Source: Proteromonas lacertae
Taxonomy: Eukaryota
Direction: 5' to 3'
Assembly: GCA_002245135.1 (NCBI GenBank)
Contig: NGBS01001188.1
Span: 1 to 64,000, forward strand
Length of the DNA stretch: 64,000 nt
Part shown: piece after piece, positions 1 through 11,834 of the stretch
Numbering within the stretch: position 1 is the first letter of the stretch
Layout: every line of letters starts with the position of its first letter
Notes under the pieces: model-generated
The model's input: only the letters and a program-made list of their open reading frames with translations
What the model was told of the DNA's origin: nothing
Database searches by the model: none
Translations under genes and position numbers: made by a program

Positions 1-826
1 TGTAACAATGAAGAGTAATAGTTTAAGTGGAGGAACATTAAATATAGGTACAATCGAAAGTAGTGGTGGATCAAGTGATAAAATTAGTATATTGAGTAAT
101 GTGGATATGTCCAATCTAGTATTAAGTGCTGGAACAATCGAAGTTGTAACAATGAAGAGTAATAGTTTAAGTGGAGAACATTAAATATAGGTACAATCGA
201 AAGTAGTGGTGGATCAAGTGGTAAAATTGCGATAATGAATAACCTAGATATGAATGGTAAAAATGTAAATAATATAGGACAATTTGATTCAGAAGAACTA
301 TCTGGAAATACTTTAAGTATAAACAATATAAAAGTGTTAAGTGGTGGTTCAATAAAAATGTTGAGTAATGTGGATATGTCCAATCTAGTATTAAGTGCTG
401 GAACAATCGAAGTTGTAACAATGAAGAGTAATAGTTTAAGTGGAGGAACATTAAATATAGGTACAATCGAAAGTAGTGGTGGATCAAGTGATAAAATTAG
501 TATATTGAGTAATGTGGATATGTCCAATCTAGTATTAAGTGCTGGAACAATCGAAGTTTAACAATGAAGAGTAATAGTTTAAGTGGAGGAACATTAAATA
601 TAGGTACAATCGAAAGTAGTGGTGGATCAAGTGATAAAATTAGTATATTGAGTAATGTGGATATGTCCAATCTAGTATTAAGTGCTGGAACAATCGAAGT
701 TGTAACAATGAAGTAATAGTTTAAGTGGAGGAACATTAAATATAGGTACAATCGAAAGTAGTGGTGGATCAAGTGATAAAATTAGTATATTGAGTAATGT
801 GGATATGTCCAATCTAGTATTAAGTA
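1..826 (+). repeat. Coding tandem repeat, 144-nt unit, about 5 near-identical copies with one ~126-nt interruption
   Basis: tgtaacaatgaagagtaatagtttaagtgg recurs at 1, 145, 414, ~558 and 701; copies differ mostly by 1-2 nt deletions. Confidence 0.9.
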
Positions 827-1125
827 CTGGTACTCTTAATGTTGGTAATGTTAATGTTAATACAATTAGTGGAGGTTTTTTGAATGTTGATAATATTAGT
901 GTTGGTAGTATATCAATATGAATGTTAATGTTAATGAATTACTTTAAGCTTCCAATAATAGAACCTAGTTGTAATGAAAATGATGAAGGTGCAATATATT
1001 TTGATAAAAATAGTGGTGAAGTAAAGATATGTCACAATAAACAGTTTGTAGTATTAGCATTTACTCAACCAACCAATTCTCCTACTCCCACTACTAATCC
1101 AACTCCAACTAATATCAAACCATAG
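1..1125 (+). CDS. 3' part of a fibre-like repeat surface protein (family member 0); 5' end lies outside the window; several frameshifts
   Basis: Tandem 48-aa repeats (TMKSNSLSGGTLNIGTIESSGGSSDKISILSNVDMSNLVLSAGTIEVV). Segment NNLDMNGKNVNNI..LSGNTLSINNIKVLSGGS is homologous to gene A. Ends in cap FKLPIIEPSCNENDEGAIYFDKNSGEVKICHNKQF plus a Pro/Thr tail; stop TAG at 1123-1125. Confidence 0.75.
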
Positions 1126-1280
1126 TGTTTTAGTTTATATTTTAATATATGTCTTATTATTTTTATTATTTGATTTTTTGTTACAAAACTATTTAATGAA
1201 ATTTATCAAATATTTTACAAAATTATTTCTTTTTATTATGTTTGTTCTATTAATTTTAATAGAAAAACAGTATATTTTAA

Positions 1281-2175
1281 AATAAGATTGGTTGAAATTA
1301 TATAAATATCTATTCTGATTAATTAAAATTCATCTGCAAACTACTCAATAGTGATATTTAACATATTTATAAACAACTTGTTATTTTGATGATTAATTTA
1401 TATTGATTACTATCTCTAAAAAACAATTATAAATGATTTGTCTTCAATAAGTCTCTTACTTTCTCAGTTTCTGAAAATAAATAATTATTATAAACCTCTC
1501 TTCGAGTTATACTATATCCTAGTATGAATCAAAACCTTCTAAATTCTGGTGAGTCTAATATAGTGGTACTGACTGCATTGAAGGTTATGAATTTAAATAG
1601 ATCTTTGTTGACAGAATCTGAATTGACTTTGGCTTTTACAATATGCAATAATCTGAATATTTTATATTAAACATGTTTTTACAAAACATTTTGGAGTAGT
1701 TAAGATTTTTATGAAACATTTTATAATTGAATAAAATCACAACTCTTTTGATGCGGTAGGGGGTAATGTGATATCCCTATAGTTTCATATATTATAAAGT
1801 CTTATAAATATTGAGTAATTATACATTTAAATGATATAAATCTTAAAAAATAAAGATTAACTTAGTCAAACCATCAAGCTTGATGTTTTTTTCTTTTATT
1901 TTTTTATTCTATAATTAATTCATTATTATGCTAATAATATGTTATTGTGAGTCATCATTGAGAAATAGATCAAAATAATAGTAATATAAAAAGTGAATCA
2001 ACCGACTGTCAAATTTGATATTTGAAAGATGATGAATAAAGCTTATATTTTGTATTTGTGGTTAGATAATATGCTTGTTAACTCATGTTCAATAGGAGGT
2101 CAACTAATAGTTAGTATAAGGAAGGTAAAGGTCAAGCTAAAGATATAGGTTTTGACCTATATGTAAACCTATAAT
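1281..2175 (-). mobile_element. Degenerate, end-truncated inverted copy of the hAT-like element at 62657-63753
   Basis: 1281-2106 is the diverged reverse complement of ~62690-63553 (e.g. cttagtcaaaccatcaagcttgatgttttt vs aaaaacatcaagcttgatggtttgactaag). TATAGGTT/AACCTATA motifs at ~2144-2173. No CAG-type TIR or TSD found. Confidence 0.85.
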
Positions 2176-2303
2176 TAAATTTCAAAAATACTCATTTGAG
2201 TATTTATAAACTTCAGCTCTTTTAATATTCTAGTTTTCATTATATTATAAACTAACAAAGTAAATGATAAATCATTAGTTAATATAAACATATCAAGTGT
2301 AAA

Positions 2304-2995
2304 GTGGTGGTTCAATCAATGTATACAATGATATTGATATGTTCAATAAAAATATATATCGTGAATAGTGTGACATGTTCAACACTGAATATAGGAACAA
2401 TTCAAAGTTTAAGTGGTACAACTGGAACAGTGAAAGTGTATATTAATTTAGATATGATTGGTGAAAACATAGTAAATGTAGGTACATTCAGTGGTACAAA
2501 TGGGGCGAGTTTCACAATAATGATGAATAGCAATTTGAATTTATTAGGTAAAAGCATTAGAAATATAAATACTATCAGTAGTGGTATAGATAATGTAGAT
2601 AATTTCAGTAGTGGAACAATGAAAGTTGAAAGTTTTTTTAAATTACCAACAAAATCTCCTACATGCAATGCAACAAATATAGGAACTTTGTGGTATGATA
2701 GTACTAATGGTCAAATTAAATATGTAATGGATCAACATTTAATGTCGTTGCATTTATTGGTGATCAATCATTAAATTTAGGAAATACTGGAACAATAACT
2801 GCTGGTAGTATGACAGTTGGAACGTTGACTGTAATTAACACATTTTCAGCTCCAAATTTAGCTGTAACTGGTGTCTTTAAAATACCTACATCATCAGTTA
2901 CTTGTAATACAGCAAATATAGGTGCTATGTATTTATCTGGAAGTAGTATTGGTGTTTGTACTAGTTCAGGAATGAAATCTATTAATTTTTACTAG
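2304..2995 (+). pseudogene. 5'-truncated chimeric fragment of the fibre-like family carrying two C-terminal caps in tandem
   Basis: TLNIGTIQSLSGTTGTVKVYINLDMIGENIVNV repeat, then cap FFKLPTKSPTCNATNIGTLWYDSTNGQIK (frameshift ~2720). From 2759 it is an exact copy of the gene A 3' end. No N-terminal or TM exons upstream. Confidence 0.7.
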
Positions 2996-3913
2996 TATAT
3001 ATATAAATTATTGTAATTATTTTAAATCATATAATTAATTATTAATATTATCAAAATTATATACTTATGAGATTGTAACATAAAACAAAATACATCATAC
3101 TCTAAAGTAGTAACAATTAATTAAAAATGTTTAATTAATTGAGTTTAGAATGATAGGAACGAACCATCTATGCTTTTAAGCATTTACAACCACAACTACA
3201 GTCGTTGTCATTCTTTATGCAGTTTTTACAACAAACACAATCACACTTACAACTTCGATCTTTACAGTAACAGCATTCTTTTCCACATTTACATTTCGTA
3301 TGACTTTCACAACTCTTCTTACAACAACTACAATCACACTCACATTTCGTTCCACATTTACAGCTTTCACAACTACAACTCTTGTCTTTACCACAACTAC
3401 ATACACCGTTTTCTTTACATGATGGATTATCGCATTTACCAGACATTTTCGACGATTATTTAGCTTCAAATAAGAAACTTCACAAAACAAAAATTCTTGA
3501 AAATAATATTAACGAAGTAAGAATATTCTCATTATCTTATTATTCTCACAACAATACAATATATTACATTGACATTGTATATCTTAATATATCTACTTTA
3601 CTTTTCACTTTCTTTGAAATATTCACCATAAACTTTGATATTACATCCATCTATCTATTTCAATATCATAATCACATTGTATATCAATTTGATGCATATT
3701 ACAAACAAAGTGACAAAAGATCTCTCCAACTACTACTCTAATCAACTATATCATTTTATCATCACTTTCTTCACTTCAATCTATAATCATATTAACAACA
3801 AATCACTTCCATATTATATCTATATAACAAATAACAACTAAAAACATCAATTCAAAATAGATTAACATAAACACATATAATTCAAATAGATAAACGATCA
3901 TTTTATTTTGACT
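2759..3913 (+). repeat. Segmental duplication, copy 1 (copy 2 is 8919-10073)
   Basis: Constant offset of 6160 nt; only 4 substitutions seen (3501, 3635, 3865, 3872). Contains the gene A tail, a metallothionein gene and the intergenic promoter region. Confidence 0.95.
3168..3446 (-). CDS. Metallothionein (MT1), 92 aa
   Basis: 29 Cys in 92 aa in CxC, CC and CxCxCxCC clusters; Lys/Ser-rich; a single aromatic residue. Confidence 0.9.
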   Translation of the reverse strand: MSGKCDNPSCKENGVCSCGKDKSCSCESCKCGTKCECDCSCCKKSCESHTKCKCGKECCYCKDRSCKCDCVCCKNCIKNDNDCSCGCKCLKA

Positions 3914-3972
3914 AACTAACTTATAATATTTATTTTATCTTTATTTTTAGTTGTTAAAGTATAAAAACAAAT

Positions 3973-6900
3973 ATGAGAAACCAATCAAATAGAACTCCTG
4001 TTCGTTCTCTAGGTATATAACTTATCATTATTTCTAAGTAGAAACTAATACACCAATTAGGGTAATGCCTAGAACTCCAGTTCGTTTTGATTCAAACCCA
4101 CAATATTCTAGTAAAAGAATGCCTGCGCCACCTATAGGTAAACCACGAAACGCAGACTCACTGAAATTAGAGTTTTTGGATGTTCCATCTCCATCTACTA
4201 GCTGTAGATCAAGTACCGTTGTACCATGTCCTTTAGAATCTGTAAATCAGAATAATACTTGTGGTAGTACAGAAAAAAGTAAAATAATTGTTGCAAACAA
4301 AACTAAACATGAGAAAGTTCGATCTTTTATTATAATGTTATGTTTACAATGTATAAAATAATAATAATAATGTAATTTGATAGTATTAATTAGTGTTTTA
4401 ATTCTCACAGTTTATACAATTGTGTTAGTGATTGTATGTAAATCCTATATAAAGAATCATTACAAAATCGAAATGAATGGTGATGTATTGAGTTTAAATT
4501 CATTAGAAGTTGGTCATTTTAATGGAGTTTACTCATTAGAGAATTTAAGGAAAGAATTAAAGAATGAAATAAAAGAAGAAGTGAAGAAAACAACATTAAA
4601 CCTTCGAAATATGAATGAAAATGAAGATAAAATAAAATCAAGTATATATTTATATGTTTTATTAATAATAATAATATAGAAAATGAATTATTTACAAATG
4701 CAGTGATTGATGAAAAGTCAAATCTGTATTTAAAAACAAAAGGATTATTAAGTGATGAAATAGAAATCGAAAAGAACAGTAATTTCAATGGAAATGTGAA
4801 ATTTGGAAGTGTAGGTAATGAAGCTGCTGTAGAAATCAATGGTAAATTAGAAGTGAAGAATGTAAAAGTGAAAGAAAAGATCGATTTGAGTGAAGCACGA
4901 TTTGAATATAATATAAATGATAAAAATCAAAATAGTCATGAGAAAGTCGAAATTGGTGAATTATCTGTTCATTCTTTGAACTATGCAACTGAATTCTGTA
5001 ATATCACATTAAATGATGAAACAAATATAAACAATATTCTATTAAAAGACAATACAATAAGTTCAACAAAGAATGATTTATACTTAAATACAATAGATCC
5101 AAAATGTAAAGTGATAATGAGTTCAAGTGAAATAAATGGTAATTTGAAGAGTAATTCAATCAGTGTAGATAAAATCGTAATCAATAATAATGAGATAAAT
5201 GGAATATCTTCAATCGATAGTGATAAAATCAATGTAAAAGTATTGAGTAACAATAAGAACTTAAATGAAAATGAAAATATAATATCTATAATCAACAATG
5301 TTGATATGAGTAACAAAGATATAAATAATATAAAAGAAATAAAAGCTAATACTATAAATAGTATAAACCTTAAAAGTGAAAATGAAGATATAAAAGTATT
5401 AAATAATTTCGATATATCAAATAAAAATATAAAAAATATAAAAGAAATAGTTTCAGAGCAAGTGAATGTAAAAGAATTGATAAATACCGATTTATTAATG
5501 AACTATATAAAAGTGAAGAACGATTTAAGTTTAGAGAATAACAACATAAAGAATGTTGATAATGTCATATCTTCAAATATTGAAGTTGATACTATAAGTG
5601 GTAAAGAAGGAGTAAAACCTATTGAAATAATAAACGATATGAATATCAAAGACAATACATTGAGTAGTAAAGTTATTCAAAGTACAACAGTTGGTGTATT
5701 GAATTTGAAAAATTATAATGATGATAATAGAAAGATAAATCTATTAAGTGAAATGGATGTAAATCAAAATGATATAAAGAATCTGAAATTATTGAATGTA
5801 AATACAATAGAGTTAGGAGAAATGAAGAGTAAAGACAATAGTGATATGAGAATGTTAAATAATTTAGATTTATTACAGAATAATATAAACAATGTAGAAA
5901 TATTAAATGTGAATAAAATCTCAAGCAAATTAGAAAGTATTGAAATTGGAAAATCATTAGATTTAAAAGAATCATCATTAACTAGTAAAAGTATAAAGAG
6001 TGAAGAGTTAAAAGTCAATACAATCAGTGTGAATTCACCAACAGCAAATAGTTTTATATCAATAAAAGACAATGTAGATATGAGTGAGAAATCATTAAAA
6101 CTGGATGAATTAAATGTGAAAAGATTAAATGGAATAGATGACACTGAAATTACTCTCTTAAGTGATATAAAAAGTGATAAAAAGTTATCCATAAATACAG
6201 TCGCAGTTAATAATCTACAATCGAATGGTAATGGCGATCCAATAAAAGTAAATTCCAATATAGATATGAGTGATAAAGAAATAAGAAATGTGAAAAACAT
6301 AGAAAGTGAAAGTTCAACAATCAATACAATTTATACCAATGTATTTACACCCAAAAATGGAAATGAAATTATTGTAAATAATAATTTAAGAGTTAAAGGC
6401 AAATTAATATCTTTAGATACCTCCAATGTAGCTGAATTAGGCAATGTAAGTTCTATCGTTGGTCCTTCTACTATCAATATAAAATCCAACTTAGATATGA
6501 ATGGTAAAAGTATTAATAATATTGAAAGTATTTATGTGCATAATATATACCCAAGAAATGGTAATGGATTGAGTGTATTTCTATATGGAACAGTTTCTAT
6601 GAATTCCTATCCAATAACAAATGTAGGAACAATAGAAGTAGCTAATGTAAAAAGTAAAGGTGTAAATTATGTTAAATATTTGAATAATATAGACATGAAT
6701 GGGAAAGATTTATATAATTTAATGAAATTGAATGTTGGTACAGTTGGTGGTTATTCAGATGGAAGTTCAATATCAATAGTAAGTAATGTTAATATGAACA
6801 ATAAAAATATACAAAATATAAATGAAGCTACTTCCAGGAAAACTTAATATTGGAACAATCAAAGCTGTAAATACAGCAATCAATATGGTTTCTTTATTAA

Positions 6901-9155
6901 ATATGAATAATAATGATATTGATAATATAAAATCAATCAAAGGAAATGGAAATGTAATAGCAGTTAATAGTAATATTAATATGAAGAATTGGTTAATGTC
7001 TATAGGTACAATTAAAGTAAATAATGAAATGTCTGTACCAAAAATCAGTAGTAATGTTAATGGAGGTAGTATAATGATAATGAATCATCTAACATCTAAT
7101 AATAAGAATATCAATAATGTTAATATCCTGACAGCTAATCAGATTAGTCCATCAACAATAAAACTAAGTAGTGGAGATATTAATATTGGAAGTGATTTAG
7201 ATTTTCATAATGATTATAAAGTTAAGAATCTAAAAGGATTAGAAATTAATTCTATTGATGCTGATTCATTGACAGTAGGTACGTTATCAGTAAAGAATCA
7301 ATTGAATATTGAAAGCATTAAGAGTATGACAAGTGGAACAATAACTGTTAGTAGTAATTTAAATCTTGATAATAATAAGATAATATATAATGTAAAAGAT
7401 ATAAAAACAGAAGATATTCATGTAAATAATGTTTTATATGTAGATAAAGTGAATTCTAAAGACCAAACTGTGAATGGATTTGTATCTATAGTAAGAGACA
7501 TAAATATGAATAGTAAAGATATTAAATCAATTAATGCAATGAGTAGTGGCAAAATGAATATAGGCACACTTCAAAGTAGTATAGGGAATACTGGTACAAT
7601 AAAGATAGATAGTAATTTAGATCTGTTAGGACATAATTTTGAGAATATAAACGGGTTTAAATCTACTAGTTTATCTGGTAATACGTTGAGTGTAAATAAT
7701 ATAAAAGTATTAACAGGTGGATCAGTTAATATAAAGGATAATATTGATATGACAAACAAAAATATATATAGAATAAACGAATTAAGTTCAGGAATAATCA
7801 ATGTAAATACAATAAATAGTGGTAATGGTGTAAGTGAAATTGTAGTTTCAAATAATGTTAAGTTGATATCAAATACTATGACAGCTGGTACTCTTACAGT
7901 AATTAATTCTATCACTACTGGAACAATAACAATTGGAACAGCATATGTTAATACAATCACATCAACAAGTGGTGAAATATCTGTAACAAAACCATTGAAT
8001 ATGAAATTAAATGAAATTAAATCAGTTAGTAAAGTAACTGCAACAACTGCTTCAATTAGCTATTTAGACTCTGATATTTCTACAATTACTGTACAAAAAG
8101 CATTGGATTTAGGAGTATATTCAATTTCTACTACAGGAACAGTGAATGCTGGAACAATAAATTTAGGAAATAATGGAGAAGTAACTACAGGATCATTTAG
8201 TGCAACAACTGCATCAATTAATACATTAACATCTGGTTCTGGTGAAATTACTGTTATTAAACCATTGAATGTAGGAACTAATAAAATAACATCTACAGGA
8301 GAAATATCTGCTAATGTATTAACAGGTACAACAGCAACAATAACAACAGCAACAATAACAACTGCCAAGATTAGTACTTTATCATCAATTGCAACAGGAA
8401 ATTCAATAAATGTTAATTCACCATTGAGTTTAGGAACTAATGGAATTACTTCTACAGGAACTATTACTGCATCATCAGTCTCAGCTACAACTGCAACAAT
8501 TAATACACTAACAACAAATGCTGCTGAAATTACAGTTAGTAAACCATTAAATTTAGGAAGTTATAAACTAACTGCAAATAATTTCCAAGCAACGTCTGCA
8601 ACAATTACAGCAGGAACAATTACAACTGGTACAATTAATACACTAACATCTAGTGGTAGTGAAATTACTGTTATTAAGCCATTGAATGTAGGAACTAATA
8701 AAATAACATCTACAGGAGAAATATCTGCTAATGTATTAACAGGTACAACAGCAACAATAACAACAGCAACAATAACAACTGCCAAGATTAGTACTTTATC
8801 ATCAATTGCAACAGGAAATTCAATAAATGTTAATTCACCATTGAGTTTAGGAACTAATGGAATTACTTCTACAGGAACTATTACAGCTGGGAAGTTGGTA
8901 ATAGGAGGAACAACAGTAGGTGATCAATCATTAAATTTAGGAAATACTGGAACAATAACTGCTGGTAGTATGACAGTTGGAACGTTGACTGTAATTAACA
9001 CATTTTCAGCTCCAAATTTAGCTGTAACTGGTGTCTTTAAAATACCTACATCATCAGTTACTTGTAATACAGCAAATATAGGTGCTATGTATTTATCTGG
9101 AAGTAGTATTGGTGTTTGTACTAGTTCAGGAATGAAATCTATTAATTTTTACTAG
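3973..9155 (+). CDS. Type II membrane fibre-like repeat protein A (~1700 aa)
   Basis: ATG 3973; introns 4013-4041, 4351-4383 and 4642-4679 join exons in frame. Pro/Ser/Thr-rich N-tail, TM FIIMLCLQLLISVLILTVYTIVLVIVC, many NxD[ML]xxKxIxN[VI] repeats, Thr/Gly-rich region, cap FKIPTSSVTCNTANIGAMYLSGSSIGVC. One frameshift near 6835. Confidence 0.85.
8244..8884 (+). repeat. Intragenic direct repeat of ~224 nt (8244-8467 and 8661-8884)
   Basis: Offset 417 nt (139 codons); one synonymous mismatch seen; encodes EITVIKPLNVGTNKITSTGEIS...GITSTGTIT. Confidence 0.9.
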
Positions 9156-10073
9156 TATATATATAAATTATTGTAATTATTTTAAATCATATAATTAATT
9201 ATTAATATTATCAAAATTATATACTTATGAGATTGTAACATAAAACAAAATACATCATACTCTAAAGTAGTAACAATTAATTAAAAATGTTTAATTAATT
9301 GAGTTTAGAATGATAGGAACGAACCATCTATGCTTTTAAGCATTTACAACCACAACTACAGTCGTTGTCATTCTTTATGCAGTTTTTACAACAAACACAA
9401 TCACACTTACAACTTCGATCTTTACAGTAACAGCATTCTTTTCCACATTTACATTTCGTATGACTTTCACAACTCTTCTTACAACAACTACAATCACACT
9501 CACATTTCGTTCCACATTTACAGCTTTCACAACTACAACTCTTGTCTTTACCACAACTACATACACCGTTTTCTTTACATGATGGATTATCGCATTTACC
9601 AGACATTTTCGACGATTATTTAGCTTCAAATAAGAAACTTCACAAAACAAAAATTCTTGAGAATAATATTAACGAAGTAAGAATATTCTCATTATCTTAT
9701 TATTCTCACAACAATACAATATATTACATTGACATTGTATATCTTAATATATCTACTTTACTTTTCACTTTCTTTGAAATATTCACCATAAACTCTGATA
9801 TTACATCCATCTATCTATTTCAATATCATAATCACATTGTATATCAATTTGATGCATATTACAAACAAAGTGACAAAAGATCTCTCCAACTACTACTCTA
9901 ATCAACTATATCATTTTATCATCACTTTCTTCACTTCAATCTATAATCATATTAACAACAAATCACTTCCATATTATATCTATATAACAAATAACAACTA
10001 AAAACATCAATTCAAAATAGATTAGCATAAATACATATAATTCAAATAGATAAACGATCATTTTATTTTGACT
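8919..10073 (+). repeat. Segmental duplication, copy 2 (copy 1 is 2759-3913)
   Basis: Direct sequence match at offset 6160. Confidence 0.95.
9328..9606 (-). CDS. Metallothionein (MT2), identical protein to MT1
   Basis: Same 92-aa Cys-rich ORF, inside the duplication. Confidence 0.9.
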   Translation of the reverse strand: MSGKCDNPSCKENGVCSCGKDKSCSCESCKCGTKCECDCSCCKKSCESHTKCKCGKECCYCKDRSCKCDCVCCKNCIKNDNDCSCGCKCLKA

Positions 10074-10324
10074 TTAAAAATTGTTTTAATAAACTCATTA
10101 GCAGGATGTTTGGAGAATTAATAGTTTATTATTATAAATATAGGATTAAACTATTGGTATTGTTAAATATAAATTTAACATCAAATTATGAAATTTCAAA
10201 TAGAATAGCTTTAGTTGCATTATTAATGGAATTTATAACAAGAAAAAAGAAACATGTATATTGAAAGAGTATAAATTAATAATTGTTTATATATTAATTA
10301 GTAGATAATAATGAAGAGAATGGT

Positions 10325-10603
10325 TTAAGCTTTTAAACATTTACACCCACAGCTGCAATCGTTATCATTCTTTATACTGTTTTTGCAGCACAAACAATCG
10401 CATTTACAATTTCTATCTTTACAATAACAGCAATATCTACCACATTTACACTTTGTATTACTTGCACGACTTTTTTTACAACAGTCACACTTACATTCAC
10501 ATTTTGCATCACATTTGCAGTCATCACAACTACATGTCTTATCCTTATCACATGTACACACTCCGTTTTCTTTACATGATGGATTGTCGCATTTACCAGA
10601 CAT
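10325..10603 (-). CDS. Metallothionein (MT3), diverged paralog
   Basis: 92 aa; same MSGKCDNPSC start and NDNDCSCGCKCLKA end; many synonymous changes relative to MT1. Confidence 0.9.
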   Translation of the reverse strand: MSGKCDNPSCKENGVCTCDKDKTCSCDDCKCDAKCECKCDCCKKSRASNTKCKCGRYCCYCKDRNCKCDCLCCKNSIKNDNDCSCGCKCLKA

Positions 10604-10646
10604 TTTTGATGATTCTATTGATTAACAGAGAAGAATTGTTATAAAA

Positions 10647-10672
10647 TAAGAATATTCTTAATCTTCTCAGAA
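10647..10672. promoter_or_regulatory. Candidate stress/metal response element upstream of MT3
   Basis: 14-bp palindrome TAAGAATATTCTTA (nGAAnnTTCn) plus TTCTCAGAA; related motifs lie upstream of the other three MT genes. Confidence 0.45.
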
Positions 10673-11036
10673 CAATCTGGAATGTTATGTTAATATTGTC
10701 TTATGTATTTTGTCTTATTATATATTTCCATACATGCATGCAATTAAAAATGTGTAGTTATCTGTCCATTTTGATTTTTCAATGATTACTATATAATAAA
10801 ATGAACATGCCATATCACAAAACTATATATTTCTAATTGATAAAGTGGGATATTACATTTTTATTGTATGAGTGTATTTTATTAATTGGAATTTACTATA
10901 CTCTATAGATATAGTAATGTAGGTTATAGTTATGTTATTATATAACAATCAATCTAACAATCAAACACAAAACATCATACATCGAGACAATGGTTATTAA
11001 TTAATACACTTAATTAACTGATAAGGATATTATCAT

Positions 11037-11318
11037 TTATGCTTTACAGCATACACAACCACAACTACAATCGTTATCATTCTCTATAGCTGTTTTACAG
11101 CAGATGCAATCACAAACACAACTTCGATCTTCACAATAGCAGCTCTCCTTTCCGCACTTACATTTAGTATGACTGTTAAGACTCTTTTCACAGCATTTAC
11201 AATCACATGCGCACTTTACATCACATTTGCATTTTTCACAACTAGAATCTACGCCTTTTACTCCACAATTACATACACCCTTCTCTTTGCATGAAGAATT
11301 ATCACATTTTCCTGACAT
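11037..11318 (-). CDS. Metallothionein (MT4), 93 aa
   Basis: Start placed at MSGKCDNSSC by homology with the paralogs; Cys pattern largely conserved. Confidence 0.9.
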   Translation of the reverse strand: MSGKCDNSSCKEKGVCNCGVKGVDSSCEKCKCDVKCACDCKCCEKSLNSHTKCKCGKESCYCEDRSCVCDCICCKTAIENDNDCSCGCVCCKA

Positions 11319-11717
11319 TTTTATCGGTAGATTTTGAAGAAATAGCAAAAGTTGATAAAAAGAGTTTTTGAGAAGAAAACAGAATAAAAAAGAACAAATA
11401 TATTCTCTTAATTATTCTCAGAAGGATAAAAAATATTACAGTTCTATACTCCATCTTATAATTTTTAGTTTAGTTAAACAATTAAACACAGATTCTCACT
11501 ATTCCACGAACCAATCTACTTCTGTACATTCATTCCATAAATGTATATTTACTGATTAAATAATGGGTCAGTTTTTTCATATGAATGATTACTTTTTAAA
11601 TTCTTTCAATAATTCCACGTTAACTTCACATGAGTTAGAATTATAATATTTAACGTAAGAACAACCATAAATTATACCCATAGCACATCTATATAATAAA
11701 CATCCAAAATATCTCTT

Positions 11718-11778
11718 GTCAAAATAGATTAGAATATGTGTTATTTACTAAAAATATATTCATAAATTCTATTTTGAC
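11718..11778. promoter_or_regulatory. Inverted motif pair GTCAAAATAGA...TCTATTTTGAC upstream of fibre-like gene B (also before A and C)
   Basis: Perfect 11-bp inverted repeat here; CAAAATAGATT/AATCTATTTTG at 15935-15991; TCAAAATAGA/TTTATTTTGA at 3852-3911. Confidence 0.55.
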
Positions 11779-11834
11779 TCAAGTGTCAGTTATATTGTTT
11801 TTTCTTTATAATTTCATCTATCTAACATAATATT

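Noticed and set aside
1..826. CRISPR-like array
   Set aside because: Units are contiguous 144-nt coding repeats with no unique spacers, and the context is eukaryotic.
3170..3741. His/Tyr/Asn-rich and Val-rich ORFs overlapping the MT genes (also 9330-9901 and 10453-10644)
   Set aside because: Antisense or alternative-frame shadows of Cys/Lys codons; not conserved among the diverged paralogs.
6822..6847. Programmed ribosomal frameshift in gene A (and at ORF overlaps in the giant gene)
   Set aside because: No consistent slippery motif across breaks; single-base indels typical of sequencing error or decay explain them.
4981..8785. Hydrophobic minus-strand ORFs opposite the fibre genes and the giant gene
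   Set aside because: Antisense shadows of Asn/Lys/Ile-rich coding DNA; no family motifs.
11319..11348. 10-aa N-terminal extension of MT4 in the ORF track
   Set aside because: It starts at a non-ATG codon, and all paralogs begin at MSGKC.
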